A stretch of DNA of 59,852 nt, taken from a virus (Duplodnaviria > Caudoviricetes). Positions 45,555-54,660 of this stretch are shown in pieces. A program made the position numbers and the translations under genes. Positions within the stretch are counted from its first letter, which is position 1. Each line of letters opens with the position of its first letter. The stretch covers positions 1 through 59,852 of IMG/VR virus record IMGVR_UViG_3300008107_000220. One strand, written 5' to 3'. The notes beneath the pieces were generated by a model. It ran no database searches. It was not told the DNA's origin and was given only the letters and a program-made list of their open reading frames with translations.

Positions 45555-46118
45555 TTATTCTGTAAAATCAGCAAATATAGTTGCGACTAAAATTATTCTT
45601 CTATCTCTCAATGGTCTTTTTAAATAATGTGCATTTTTACCAAATAAAATAGCGTCATCTTCTTTAGGAATATATTCATAATTATTTACAACGGTACTGC
45701 CACCAGAACTTGTAAGGTACACAATAATATTTTTATGTGGAAATCTATGGTCAACATGAGGAATAGAGCACTGTGGACCTAGATTTGAATGGATACAATT
45801 TGCGTTCATTCTGAGATAAAAATAATCACTATGAAAATCATTATATTTTAAAATTTCTTCAAAGACTTCATGAACCAAATCAAAATATTGTGATTTTATA
45901 GATGATGTTTTTTTACCATACTTTGCTGGACCATCAGGTCGGTCAAGAAAAGTATGCCCATAAAAAGACAAATTTGAGTATTTCTCCGATTCTAAGTAGT
46001 CCTCATCTCCACATAAAGTTGATACGTCGTGATAATACCAACCAAATTCATCGGACAAAATGATATTTTTTAAAAGTTTATAATTATCAGTTTTTGGATT
46101 AATTAAAGATAAAATCAT
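45555..46118 (-). CDS. 2OG-Fe(II) oxygenase-like protein
   Basis: PHVD (HxD)...IIVYL...H...RRII. Confidence 0.7.
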   Translation of the reverse strand: MILSLINPKTDNYKLLKNIILSDEFGWYYHDVSTLCGDEDYLESEKYSNLSFYGHTFLDRPDGPAKYGKKTSSIKSQYFDLVHEVFEEILKYNDFHSDYFYLRMNANCIHSNLGPQCSIPHVDHRFPHKNIIVYLTSSGGSTVVNNYEYIPKEDDAILFGKNAHYLKRPLRDRRIILVATIFADFTE

Positions 46119-46142
46119 AATTAAAATAGAATAATAAATTTA

Positions 46143-47546
46143 TTATGTTATGTATGGATAAGATATAATTACTATACCAGACCCTCCAGACCCGCCAGAT
46201 CCACCTTCACCCGATCCTCCGCCGCCACCGCCAGTATTTACTGTACCATTTCCTCCGGATCCATTTCCATTAACACCAGTTCCACCACCACCTAAACTGG
46301 GAGCTGGACCATTATTACCGCCACCGCCGCCGCCGGCGTAACCAGAACCATTGTATAATATACCAACTCCACCCGCTCCAGGAGCGGGATTACCAGGACC
46401 TCCGGCGCCGCCGCCGCCGCCAGAGCTCCATGCGTCACCAGATCCATTTCCTCCAGGAAATCCTTGACCTACAATTCCAGATCCCCCAGATCCAGAATAA
46501 TGTCCTCCTCCACCACCAGATCCACCAGGTCCGCCATTAGCACCGCTGCTGAAGTTGCCACCACCTCTACCACCACCGGTGCTAGTTATAGGTCCAAATG
46601 ATGAAGGGCTTCCATTACTTTGTTGTCCGCCGCCGGCGCCGATGGTAATGGGTTGTGGTGATGATATAGAAAGAGATCCCATGAGAGCACCTCCGGCGCC
46701 TCCGCCAGCTCCCCTATTTTGTCCTCCGCCGCCACCTCCAGCAACAACAAGATAATTAACGTTAGCCAGTCCAGAAGATAATGTAAAAGTTCCAGGAGAA
46801 GTAAAATAGTGATATCTAGAACCACCTGACGTTGTTACTGTTCCCCCACTCGCAGAAATTAAACCTAAAGTTGTAGCCCAAACAGTTCCGTTATAAACTT
46901 CTACTCTCTGATTAGTGCTGTTATAAATTATAGTTCCAGTAGCAACACCAGTCAAAGCATCTCTTTGAGTAGTCGTAAAAGTTCCTAATCCAAAACGATG
47001 TTGGTCTCCAACTTGAATAACATTTGTTGAATCATTAAACGTAAACCCAGCATCACCAGACGTTACATTAGATCCATTCTTATAAACAACTTGGTTTGCC
47101 GTTCCACCAACAGTGGCACCAGAAGCACCTTGAGCTCCAGTTGTTCCCTGAGTTCCAGTAGCACCTTGAGTACCTGTGGTTCCCTGAGAACCAGTGGCAC
47201 CTTGAGCTCCAGTTGTTCCCTGAGTTCCAGTAGCACCTTGAGTACCTGTGGTTCCCTGAGAACCAGTGGCACCCTGAACTCCTTGTCCCCCCTGAATACC
47301 TTGAACTCCCGTCGTACCCTGCACCCCAGTTGTTCCTTGAGTACCACCAGTTCCTTGTGTACCAGTAGCACCCTGAATACCAGCAGAAGAACCACCCCAA
47401 GTACCATCAGCACGAATTGCTTGGACAGCACCAACAAACAATCCGCCAGAAGTAATTCTAACAGTTGTAGCGATACCTACGTTCCTAGTGGTATCATCTA
47501 CGTTAACAAAAGAACCAAATTGCGACAGTTCTCTATTATTAGCCAT
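46143..47546 (-). CDS. collagen-like plus glycine-rich adhesin fibre protein
   Basis: G-X-(Q/T) run, linker, then polyglycine domain ending GSGIVIISY. Confidence 0.85.
   Translation of the reverse strand: MANNRELSQFGSFVNVDDTTRNVGIATTVRITSGGLFVGAVQAIRADGTWGGSSAGIQGATGTQGTGGTQGTTGVQGTTGVQGIQGGQGVQGATGSQGTTGTQGATGTQGTTGAQGATGSQGTTGTQGATGTQGTTGAQGASGATVGGTANQVVYKNGSNVTSGDAGFTFNDSTNVIQVGDQHRFGLGTFTTTQRDALTGVATGTIIYNSTNQRVEVYNGTVWATTLGLISASGGTVTTSGGSRYHYFTSPGTFTLSSGLANVNYLVVAGGGGGGQNRGAGGGAGGALMGSLSISSPQPITIGAGGGQQSNGSPSSFGPITSTGGGRGGGNFSSGANGGPGGSGGGGGHYSGSGGSGIVGQGFPGGNGSGDAWSSGGGGGAGGPGNPAPGAGGVGILYNGSGYAGGGGGGNNGPAPSLGGGGTGVNGNGSGGNGTVNTGGGGGGSGEGGSGGSGGSGIVIISYPYIT
47125..47273. repeat. perfect 72-bp tandem duplication in the collagen block
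   Basis: Units starting at 47125 and 47197 are identical. Confidence 0.85.
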
Positions 47547-47570
47547 CCGCCATCAAATAGTTTTAGTTAT

Positions 47571-48164
47571 TTATTCAGTATCAAAAAAGAACATATGAAA
47601 CAGTCTTGAATCATACTTATCATAACCAAAATATTTAGAAGCAGTGTGAGGGCACTTGGCATCCCATATCACCAGACGATTGAACACATTCGCAACAACA
47701 TCAATGTGGTCCCAAGGTGTCGGGTCTAAATGCTGCTTCTCCCAGATGACATCAGATCCTTCTGTATTCACATGACGAATACCAGTCTTCTTATGAGCAA
47801 GCAAGGAAGTGCCACACTCATAAGGAGCACCTGGTGTGAGATAGACAGTCGCAGCCCAGGTCTGAGCATCAGCGTGATAGACCAGAGCATCTTCACAGGT
47901 ACAATGCTGAAAGCGTCCACACATACCGTGAGTCTCCATCCAGTGAGACACTTTCATTCCCATAATATTCTCAAATGCTTCTTTGGTTCCAGGAATCTCA
48001 AACTGATCTTCAGTTCTTCTACCACGATGATAGTCACTGAAATTAAAGTCTTGAGTTAGAGCAAACTCACGAACCGCCATTGGGTCTTGATAGAAATTAT
48101 CAATGACCCAAAGTGTTGGGCTTGGTTGCGAATTAATCGTTTGATTGTCTAGTGTATATCTCAC
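47571..48164 (-). CDS. 2OG-Fe(II) oxygenase-like protein (DUF6445-like)
   Basis: VIDNFY.DP..VR, HAD, VYLTP, FNRLVIWD...H...RL. Confidence 0.75.
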   Translation of the reverse strand: MRYTLDNQTINSQPSPTLWVIDNFYQDPMAVREFALTQDFNFSDYHRGRRTEDQFEIPGTKEAFENIMGMKVSHWMETHGMCGRFQHCTCEDALVYHADAQTWAATVYLTPGAPYECGTSLLAHKKTGIRHVNTEGSDVIWEKQHLDPTPWDHIDVVANVFNRLVIWDAKCPHTASKYFGYDKYDSRLFHMFFFDTE

Positions 48165-50314
48165 GGTTCTACAGCGTTTTCACAAAAACGGCAAAGTTCA
48201 AAGCACTGATTATTCTCAGGAACAATGTCCCCATAATCTTGCTCATAAAGATTTCCAAGAATATGCTTCAGACCATAATCCATACAACACAGAGAGACAT
48301 CTCCGTTGGGTAGCATTACATTATGATACATCTTCTCAAGACAACCACAGGTCATTTGTTTTTCTCCGTGATTGGCAATCTTCCATTCTGCTTTTCTTTC
48401 AAGCAGTTCAGGTTTCATAATCATCTCACCGACAAGATTACCTGCTCTTGACCACATATCATAAACAGGAGCAGTTGGAAACACGTGACGTACATCTTCG
48501 TGAACCGTACCCATACACATTGTGGTGAAGTTATGAATCTGATTTTGAATCTTACCAATGTGCTCAATCACTTCAATATAACGCTTGGTGATTGGGTGCT
48601 TTGCTTTACGCTCTTGGTCTGGAAGATGTAGTGTAAAACAACCATTTGGATTTCCAGCAAAAGGAATGTGTTTGATTCTTTCAATGTCTTCAATACTCAT
48701 ACCAATTCCAGTCGTAAAGATTGAGATTGGATGACCTTTTTCGTGAGCATAAAGAACCATATCCGTACATTGCTTATTCAACCAAGGCTCAGTGAATCCA
48801 GCAAAGGTCACTCTGACCTCTTGTGGGAGTTTATCTACTGCCTTCTTGAAGTTATCAAGAGTCATAAAACGCTCGCCCTTGTAGGACTTCTGAAGCGTTC
48901 TCTGTGGGCAGAAGACGCAATCAACTACACAACCATTTTGAGTATCAATGGATGTGGTAAATTCCATTGTAGGTGCGGTAGAGTTTCTCCAACGATCCTT
49001 TCCACCAAAACGATTATCAATATAAAGATTGATAGTCGTATAGTAATCTAAGAACCAAGCACCATTATCAGTACCATAAAGATGCTGCTTGATATTCACA
49101 TAATCAGCAGAGTAAATCTCATAGTTTTGAAGTGCTTTTAGATAAGTGTCTCTGAAATGACGAAACTTTTCTTTGAGTTCTGGTGTGCCCAAATGAAACT
49201 CACCAGCAATCTTCTTCACATTATTCTTGACCCAAGAAAGATTCTCATCATTGAACATATCATACTCACCACCTTCACAGTCAGTCTTTAGAAAATCAAT
49301 CTGTGAGATATTATTTTCTTTCACAAAGGTACTGAACTTAACTGAAGGAGCAGTCTGAAGATTCTCATGCTCACAAGTTTCAAGTAGAGTCTCATTGAAC
49401 AAACCAGCAGTCTCATATTCACCATCAACTGAACCGATGGCTTTGTTCACACAGACTACATTATCATCAGATACATTTTCCACCAGAGTTTGATAAAGTT
49501 CTGAGTGTGGTTCAAAGCAATAGATTTTACCTGGTTTCTGATCCTTAATGTAATGTGTAAAGGGACCAGCACTTGCTCCCACATCAAAGACAATATCTCC
49601 TTCTTCTACCTTGAAGAACTTCTGATAGACATTATCAATGAAGACTTCTTTCTCTACGGTCTTGCGGAACCATTCATTCTCTGCGGCAATACCCCAATCA
49701 AAGTCACGATACTTCTTAGGCAGATAAACATTATGAAGACCCTTTGAAGTCTCAGTCAGTCGTTGAAGATTGTTTTCAACTGCCTGCTTGTGAATCTCAT
49801 CCAGTTCATAATTCTCTAGCAAATCTTCAAGCAGGTTACGACTTTCGTGGCACAGACCAACCCACCAAGAAGACACTGCCTTCTCAAATAGAATTCCATA
49901 GAAACCAGGATACTCTACATTCAGAATCAGTGGTTCTGGGTTTTGTTCTGCTACCTTTTCACCAATTGAAGCGATCAAATAGGCATCGTGATAGTTCTCT
50001 TCTCTCTCATAAAAACGACTCAGCAGGAAGTATCCTTCTGGACGCTTTGGTTGAATCGCAAGAGCGTGTTGAAAGAGTCCCTTAACTGTAGTGTTTCGGC
50101 ATCCTTGTACACTGAAGCAAAGTCCAGCACGAAGAATACACTGATACTTAATTAAATCTGATTGAGATCTTTCTGCGGTTCTCAAATAATAAGAAACAGC
50201 AGAAGCAGACTGACCAAGATTGTCATAATAAGTTCCAAGATAAAAGTTATTTTCTGGACTCTCTGGATCTTGAATAAACTTATGAAGCAAATTTTGTAGG
50301 TTATAATCAATCAT
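48161..50314 (-). CDS. TPR / FkbM methyltransferase / radical SAM-SPASM-like fusion
   Basis: N-terminal TPRs; DVGASAG, FEP, KTDCEGGE; CVVDCVFC (CX3CX2C); C-terminal CGC...CC...CELC. Confidence 0.85.
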   Translation of the reverse strand: MIDYNLQNLLHKFIQDPESPENNFYLGTYYDNLGQSASAVSYYLRTAERSQSDLIKYQCILRAGLCFSVQGCRNTTVKGLFQHALAIQPKRPEGYFLLSRFYEREENYHDAYLIASIGEKVAEQNPEPLILNVEYPGFYGILFEKAVSSWWVGLCHESRNLLEDLLENYELDEIHKQAVENNLQRLTETSKGLHNVYLPKKYRDFDWGIAAENEWFRKTVEKEVFIDNVYQKFFKVEEGDIVFDVGASAGPFTHYIKDQKPGKIYCFEPHSELYQTLVENVSDDNVVCVNKAIGSVDGEYETAGLFNETLLETCEHENLQTAPSVKFSTFVKENNISQIDFLKTDCEGGEYDMFNDENLSWVKNNVKKIAGEFHLGTPELKEKFRHFRDTYLKALQNYEIYSADYVNIKQHLYGTDNGAWFLDYYTTINLYIDNRFGGKDRWRNSTAPTMEFTTSIDTQNGCVVDCVFCPQRTLQKSYKGERFMTLDNFKKAVDKLPQEVRVTFAGFTEPWLNKQCTDMVLYAHEKGHPISIFTTGIGMSIEDIERIKHIPFAGNPNGCFTLHLPDQERKAKHPITKRYIEVIEHIGKIQNQIHNFTTMCMGTVHEDVRHVFPTAPVYDMWSRAGNLVGEMIMKPELLERKAEWKIANHGEKQMTCGCLEKMYHNVMLPNGDVSLCCMDYGLKHILGNLYEQDYGDIVPENNQCFELCRFCENAVEP

Positions 50315-51281
50315 TCAGAAATTCCTCTAGTACACTATCATCAAATTTAAGCAGATAAGCGGCGTTATCTTGAAACCCGAACGTAGCCAACATACTACCA
50401 TTATGTATTGCCAGTCCAACACAGAACTCCACATGACCACCCATAATAAAAAACTTCTTAGACCACTTTTGTAGTCTGAACTTTTTATCCCAGAACAGAA
50501 CTCGGTGATAATACACTGCGTCCTTACGACCGACTTCACTGTTAAACAAATCTACTTCGTGAGTGATCGCAACATACCCATCCTTCCAGGGAATGACTTG
50601 TGATCCTCCTCTTGGATATCCGTCTATTGGATTCTTCTTATCTGTAAAGATTTGTTCTGAGGTTCCAGTATTTGGATTAATCTTCACCACTTCAGTCGGA
50701 TTACTCCACTTAATATAATGATATGGTTTATCCAGGATCGGCATCCAATTCTTTTCACAATAGGAATTAGGATCCAGTGGTGGTTGAATTCTTAATTGGG
50801 AGACTTGCTTTACAGTATTAGAATCTACAACAATCTCACACAACTCCATACGACCAGTGCCTACAGTGTCCTCATCTCTACGAACACCCGACAGATAAAG
50901 TTTACCATCCCAACGAAAAATACGAGCATCCTCTAGACCCACAAAGTCCCAGAGTTCTTTATCAGGAAATGCAGAAGTATCTACCTGACAATACCGTTTA
51001 ATCTCATAGGCATCATTGAGTTCCAGATAATAGTTCCAGGTTCTTAGGTGAATATCATTCTCTGGATGAACATACGTCAGAGGACCATATGGATGCTGAA
51101 ATAACTTCTCTTCCGAATGATAGAAAGTATAGTTAACCTGACGGAGATTAACTAGTACCTTTCCATTATCAATGAGAATGGATGGATTCATCAGTCCAAG
51201 TCCACCCGTGAACTTTGGATCAATAATTAATGGATGTATTGAACCACCTTTATCAAAGGCGACTTGTGCGAATGTTTTCAT
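50307..51281 (-). CDS. GH130/beta-mannosyltransferase-like beta-propeller glyco-enzyme
   Basis: NPSI, GLEDARIF, EKNWMP, RGGSQ and VEFCVG motifs. Confidence 0.65.
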   Translation of the reverse strand: MKTFAQVAFDKGGSIHPLIIDPKFTGGLGLMNPSILIDNGKVLVNLRQVNYTFYHSEEKLFQHPYGPLTYVHPENDIHLRTWNYYLELNDAYEIKRYCQVDTSAFPDKELWDFVGLEDARIFRWDGKLYLSGVRRDEDTVGTGRMELCEIVVDSNTVKQVSQLRIQPPLDPNSYCEKNWMPILDKPYHYIKWSNPTEVVKINPNTGTSEQIFTDKKNPIDGYPRGGSQVIPWKDGYVAITHEVDLFNSEVGRKDAVYYHRVLFWDKKFRLQKWSKKFFIMGGHVEFCVGLAIHNGSMLATFGFQDNAAYLLKFDDSVLEEFLND

Positions 51282-51808
51282 TTAACTAACATATCCCAAG
51301 ATGTAATAACTCTCTCTTTATTAGAAGAATTGGATTGAGCGTAATGTAAAAGAACGCTTGGAACAATATACATTATACCTTCTTTAGCGTCTGGAGCAAA
51401 TGCCAGTTGTGTTGTATCACTTACTGGATCGTTCCAGGGACCAACAAAAACCGTTGGTTTATGAACCTTTTCATCATACTCAACATATAGTATACCACTA
51501 TATCCATAAGAACGATGATTATGAACGGTCTGATAGTCTTCTTTCTTATATTTGATAGTCCAGATGTCGGTGATTTGATACTCTGAAACACCAGACTCTT
51601 CACAGAACTTTTTTAGTTCCTCATTGAAGAGCATATCAAAGTCCAGAGCATAACTTCTACCGTCCTTCTGGCGGTCTGTGTAAAAGTGTTGAAGACCCTT
51701 TTTCTCAAAGTTTTTTCTTTCAATCTTCTTATACAGTGCCGCCTTTTTTCTGGACCAGTCTTCTACCTCATAACGGTAGATAGGTACGAAGAATAGGGGA
51801 TGTATCAT
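51278..51808 (-). CDS. putative 2OG-Fe(II) oxygenase (TIGR02466-like)
   Basis: HNH...SGILY...PS.LLH...RVITSW. Confidence 0.8.
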   Translation of the reverse strand: MIHPLFFVPIYRYEVEDWSRKKAALYKKIERKNFEKKGLQHFYTDRQKDGRSYALDFDMLFNEELKKFCEESGVSEYQITDIWTIKYKKEDYQTVHNHRSYGYSGILYVEYDEKVHKPTVFVGPWNDPVSDTTQLAFAPDAKEGIMYIVPSVLLHYAQSNSSNKERVITSWDMLVK

Positions 51809-52513
51809 TCAGCGAACTGCGTCAAAACTACAATGTACGAATGGACCATTGGCATCAACATAATGAAGGAACACCTGATGGTGTGTTTGTACTATTTCTT
51901 TACCTCTGATCTTTGCGACTTTCTTTTTCCACCAGGGAACTTCATCGGGCATTGCGTCTCTCCAATGTTCTCGTTCACACCCCTTATAAACCGCAGCATC
52001 ACCATTATTCATTAATACATAAGACTCGCTACCATCAGGACGCTCAAACCAAATGGGCCAAGGATTTTTAAGTGTAGTGCTAATTTGTAATGTTACACTC
52101 ACTTCACAAGCAGGACGATCGCTATGCCTTTTTAAGACTTGTCCTGGACTATAAAATCTGTCGTAAAAATAAGTTGGATGTAAGTCCATACCAAGACGCT
52201 TTTCAATTTCCTTCTTTACAAGAAAATGAAGTTCCCGATAGATGGGAATATTATATCTTGCTAACGAACCTGGAACTTGTTTTTCATCGGGACAATAATC
52301 ATACTTATCCATTCTATTGTTGTAGTATGTGTATTGTCCAGACTCATTTGGTCTTGGAACATACAGATTTTCAGGGTCGGCAATGAGATTTGGAATGAAT
52401 AAGTATCCATTCTTCTCAAAGGACTCATTCTTGGACATCTTACGGGTCGGCATCGCACAACGCTGATACCCTTCCTCATAGACACCGCCTGTGGACTTAT
52501 ATTCTTTACTCAT
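51809..52513 (-). CDS. 2OG-Fe(II) oxygenase
   Basis: LKRHSDRPACEVSVTL...GDAAVYKGC..EHWR...QVFLHYV. Confidence 0.8.
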   Translation of the reverse strand: MSKEYKSTGGVYEEGYQRCAMPTRKMSKNESFEKNGYLFIPNLIADPENLYVPRPNESGQYTYYNNRMDKYDYCPDEKQVPGSLARYNIPIYRELHFLVKKEIEKRLGMDLHPTYFYDRFYSPGQVLKRHSDRPACEVSVTLQISTTLKNPWPIWFERPDGSESYVLMNNGDAAVYKGCEREHWRDAMPDEVPWWKKKVAKIRGKEIVQTHHQVFLHYVDANGPFVHCSFDAVR

Positions 52514-52527
52514 AACTCACCTCCAAA

Positions 52528-53145
52528 TTATTTGAACCTGGGACCAACTATCCAACCTACAAGACTCTTACGCATACCAGACTTGACTTTACGGACTCGG
52601 TGAGGAGTGCGTGAGTCAAACATAATCAAAGTGCCTCTCTGCTTGGGAGCAAAATAAGTCTTGCGACTATTATCCATAAACTGAACTTCACCACCAGTGT
52701 AGTCTTCTGGGTCTGATAGTTGAAGTGAGAAGGAAAGTTTTCTTACATACTCACCCTGAACCGTCATCAGATCTTGGGCAATGTTTGTGCCTGAACTGAC
52801 AATTTGTTGGGGTTTATAAGCAGTATCAATACCAGCATCAATGTGCCAGTCATAAAACTGTCCAGCACCATATTGAGTATATTGAATACTTTCGCCGTCA
52901 ATAGCAGTCAGATCATACAGAAAGTTTTCTCTGTTGGTTCTCTGAATATAATGCCAGATGAAACCACCGACCCAGTGAGAAGTTGGAATCCAAGCATTCT
53001 TGCTATCACGGATGACCTTATCTACTGCGTCTCCGTGAAGTCTGGACTCTTGTGCGATGGGATCAAACTTCTTGATATCTTCTTCAAGAATTTCTACAAT
53101 ATCTTTGGGTAAATCAGTCGTGTACCACGTCGTAAGAAATGACAT
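52528..53145 (-). CDS. PKHD/prolyl-hydroxylase-type 2OG-Fe(II) oxygenase
   Basis: YDWHID...RKLS..LQLS...Y.GGE...FDS..PHRV..V.SG.RKSLVGW. Confidence 0.9.
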   Translation of the reverse strand: MSFLTTWYTTDLPKDIVEILEEDIKKFDPIAQESRLHGDAVDKVIRDSKNAWIPTSHWVGGFIWHYIQRTNRENFLYDLTAIDGESIQYTQYGAGQFYDWHIDAGIDTAYKPQQIVSSGTNIAQDLMTVQGEYVRKLSFSLQLSDPEDYTGGEVQFMDNSRKTYFAPKQRGTLIMFDSRTPHRVRKVKSGMRKSLVGWIVGPRFK

Positions 53146-53167
53146 AAAGGAATAATGTTTTCATCAC

Positions 53168-53196
53168 ATTATATATCAAAGTATCAGATACGTCAA
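53168..53196 (-). promoter_or_regulatory. sigma70-type promoter TTGACG-N17-TATAAT
   Basis: Upstream of the oxygenase/glyco/radical SAM operon. Confidence 0.75.
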
Positions 53197-53291
53197 TAAG
53201 AACCTAGTTAAGAGAAGATTAATTCTTATTCTCTCGCTTCTAATCCCAACAAGTTCTCTTCGGTATCTAATTTTATTTCAATATTAACCTA

Positions 53292-53936
53292 TTAATTAAT
53301 TAAAATGTCTATTGAAGAATCTCCACTTCCAATTTTTCCTTCTGGAAAAAAATTGAACGCTAAAGAGTATCTAGTGACATCCGAATCATTCACAGTAACA
53401 CCATGATAAAGGTAACTCGGAAAAAATATAAGTTTATTTTTTTCTGGTTGTATTGTCCAAGAGTTAGAATTATACAAGTTCCATTCTGATGGTTCTCCCA
53501 GTAAAATTTGTCTGGGAATAATACCAGTGTTTTCAAATTTCAAATTTCCACCTCCTATATTATCAAAATAAAGAATTCCACTAAAAGCAGAATTATTGTG
53601 ATTGTGAAATTGTGAAAATCCCCCCTTTTCAGTTTTTGTTGCCCAAGAAGTTGTGATCTTAAAATTAAGATCATCAAATTTTAATAACGTTTTTATATAA
53701 AAATAAAAATATTTTAAAATGATTTCTTTTTCGGTAGGAAATTTATCAAGTATTTGTAAACTATTTGTGCTATATGATTTAATGGATCCTGCAGATTTAG
53801 TTTTAACAAATTCACAATCTTTTTTAATCGCTAATAAGGGAGACAAATCTTCTACTAAACTAAAAATAGATATTGGAGAAGAAAACAAGGGTAAAAGTTC
53901 ACATGTTGTGTCATTCATTTTAAATTTAAAATACAA
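53292..53936 (-). CDS. putative 2OG-Fe(II) oxygenase (TIGR02466-like)
   Basis: HNHNNS.FSGILY...FFPSYLYHGV...RYSLAFN. Confidence 0.85.
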   Translation of the reverse strand: MYFKFKMNDTTCELLPLFSSPISIFSLVEDLSPLLAIKKDCEFVKTKSAGSIKSYSTNSLQILDKFPTEKEIILKYFYFYIKTLLKFDDLNFKITTSWATKTEKGGFSQFHNHNNSAFSGILYFDNIGGGNLKFENTGIIPRQILLGEPSEWNLYNSNSWTIQPEKNKLIFFPSYLYHGVTVNDSDVTRYSLAFNFFPEGKIGSGDSSIDILIN

Positions 53937-53969
53937 GTTAAAAGTTTTATTGGTTTTATTTTTTATAAT

Positions 53970-53998
53970 ATATTACAACAGTTAAGAATAATAGTCAA
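53970..53998 (-). promoter_or_regulatory. possible sigma70-type promoter TTGACT-N17-TAATAT
   Basis: Upstream of 53292..53936 in an AT-rich context. Confidence 0.45.
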
Positions 53999-54005
53999 GT
54001 TAAAA

Positions 54006-54383
54006 TTATTCTTCTATTTTTTCTTCTATCCAATTTTTCATTTCTTCATTCCATACATATTTTTTACCATCAGTTGGATATTTTATTGGAGCTTCCCACA
54101 ACCAAGTCGTTGTACTTAATACCCAACTAGGATATGGAGAATTAGGATAAAAAACATCATTGATTGGATCATAATTGTATCCTTTAGCAGCGTAATTTCC
54201 TCTCAATGGACTATTTCCTGATGGTGTATTACTATCGGGAAGATAATGTACGTTACCACGAGTATTATAACTGGTTTTTATCCATTGTCCAGGACTAGAA
54301 TCTATAAATGTTTCAAAAAAGTCTTCTTCTGCAACAATAACCTCTACTACTTTATTATTTTCAACTTTAGCGTAGTGACTCAT
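54006..54383 (-). CDS. family A small protein
   Basis: MSHYA...WIKTSYN...LRGNYA..GY. Confidence 0.8.
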   Translation of the reverse strand: MSHYAKVENNKVVEVIVAEEDFFETFIDSSPGQWIKTSYNTRGNVHYLPDSNTPSGNSPLRGNYAAKGYNYDPINDVFYPNSPYPSWVLSTTTWLWEAPIKYPTDGKKYVWNEEMKNWIEEKIEE

Positions 54384-54660
54384 TTTTTTCTCCTTGTTTA
54401 AAATATTTCAAAACTTCAGAAATAGTTTTTTGTCTCAAATATTCATCGTGTATTTCATATGATGTTGGAGGATCAATAAAACTTTGTGTAATATCAGACC
54501 ATTGATTATTTGCCCAGTCAATAATTTTAAATTCACCATTACTAACCTCTAAAGAATATAAACAATTTGGCCTTAAAGATTGCATTACAGTATCTATGCC
54601 CCAAATAAATTCACCATCAATTGTAAAATTTTTAATAATATCTTCAGTTGTCATAGTCAT
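54367..54660 (-). CDS. family B-like small protein (N-terminal half only)
   Basis: [11 protein letters not shown]...PPTSYEI. Confidence 0.65.
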   Translation of the reverse strand: MTMTTEDIIKNFTIDGEFIWGIDTVMQSLRPNCLYSLEVSNGEFKIIDWANNQWSDITQSFIDPPTSYEIHDEYLRQKTISEVLKYFKQGEKNESLR

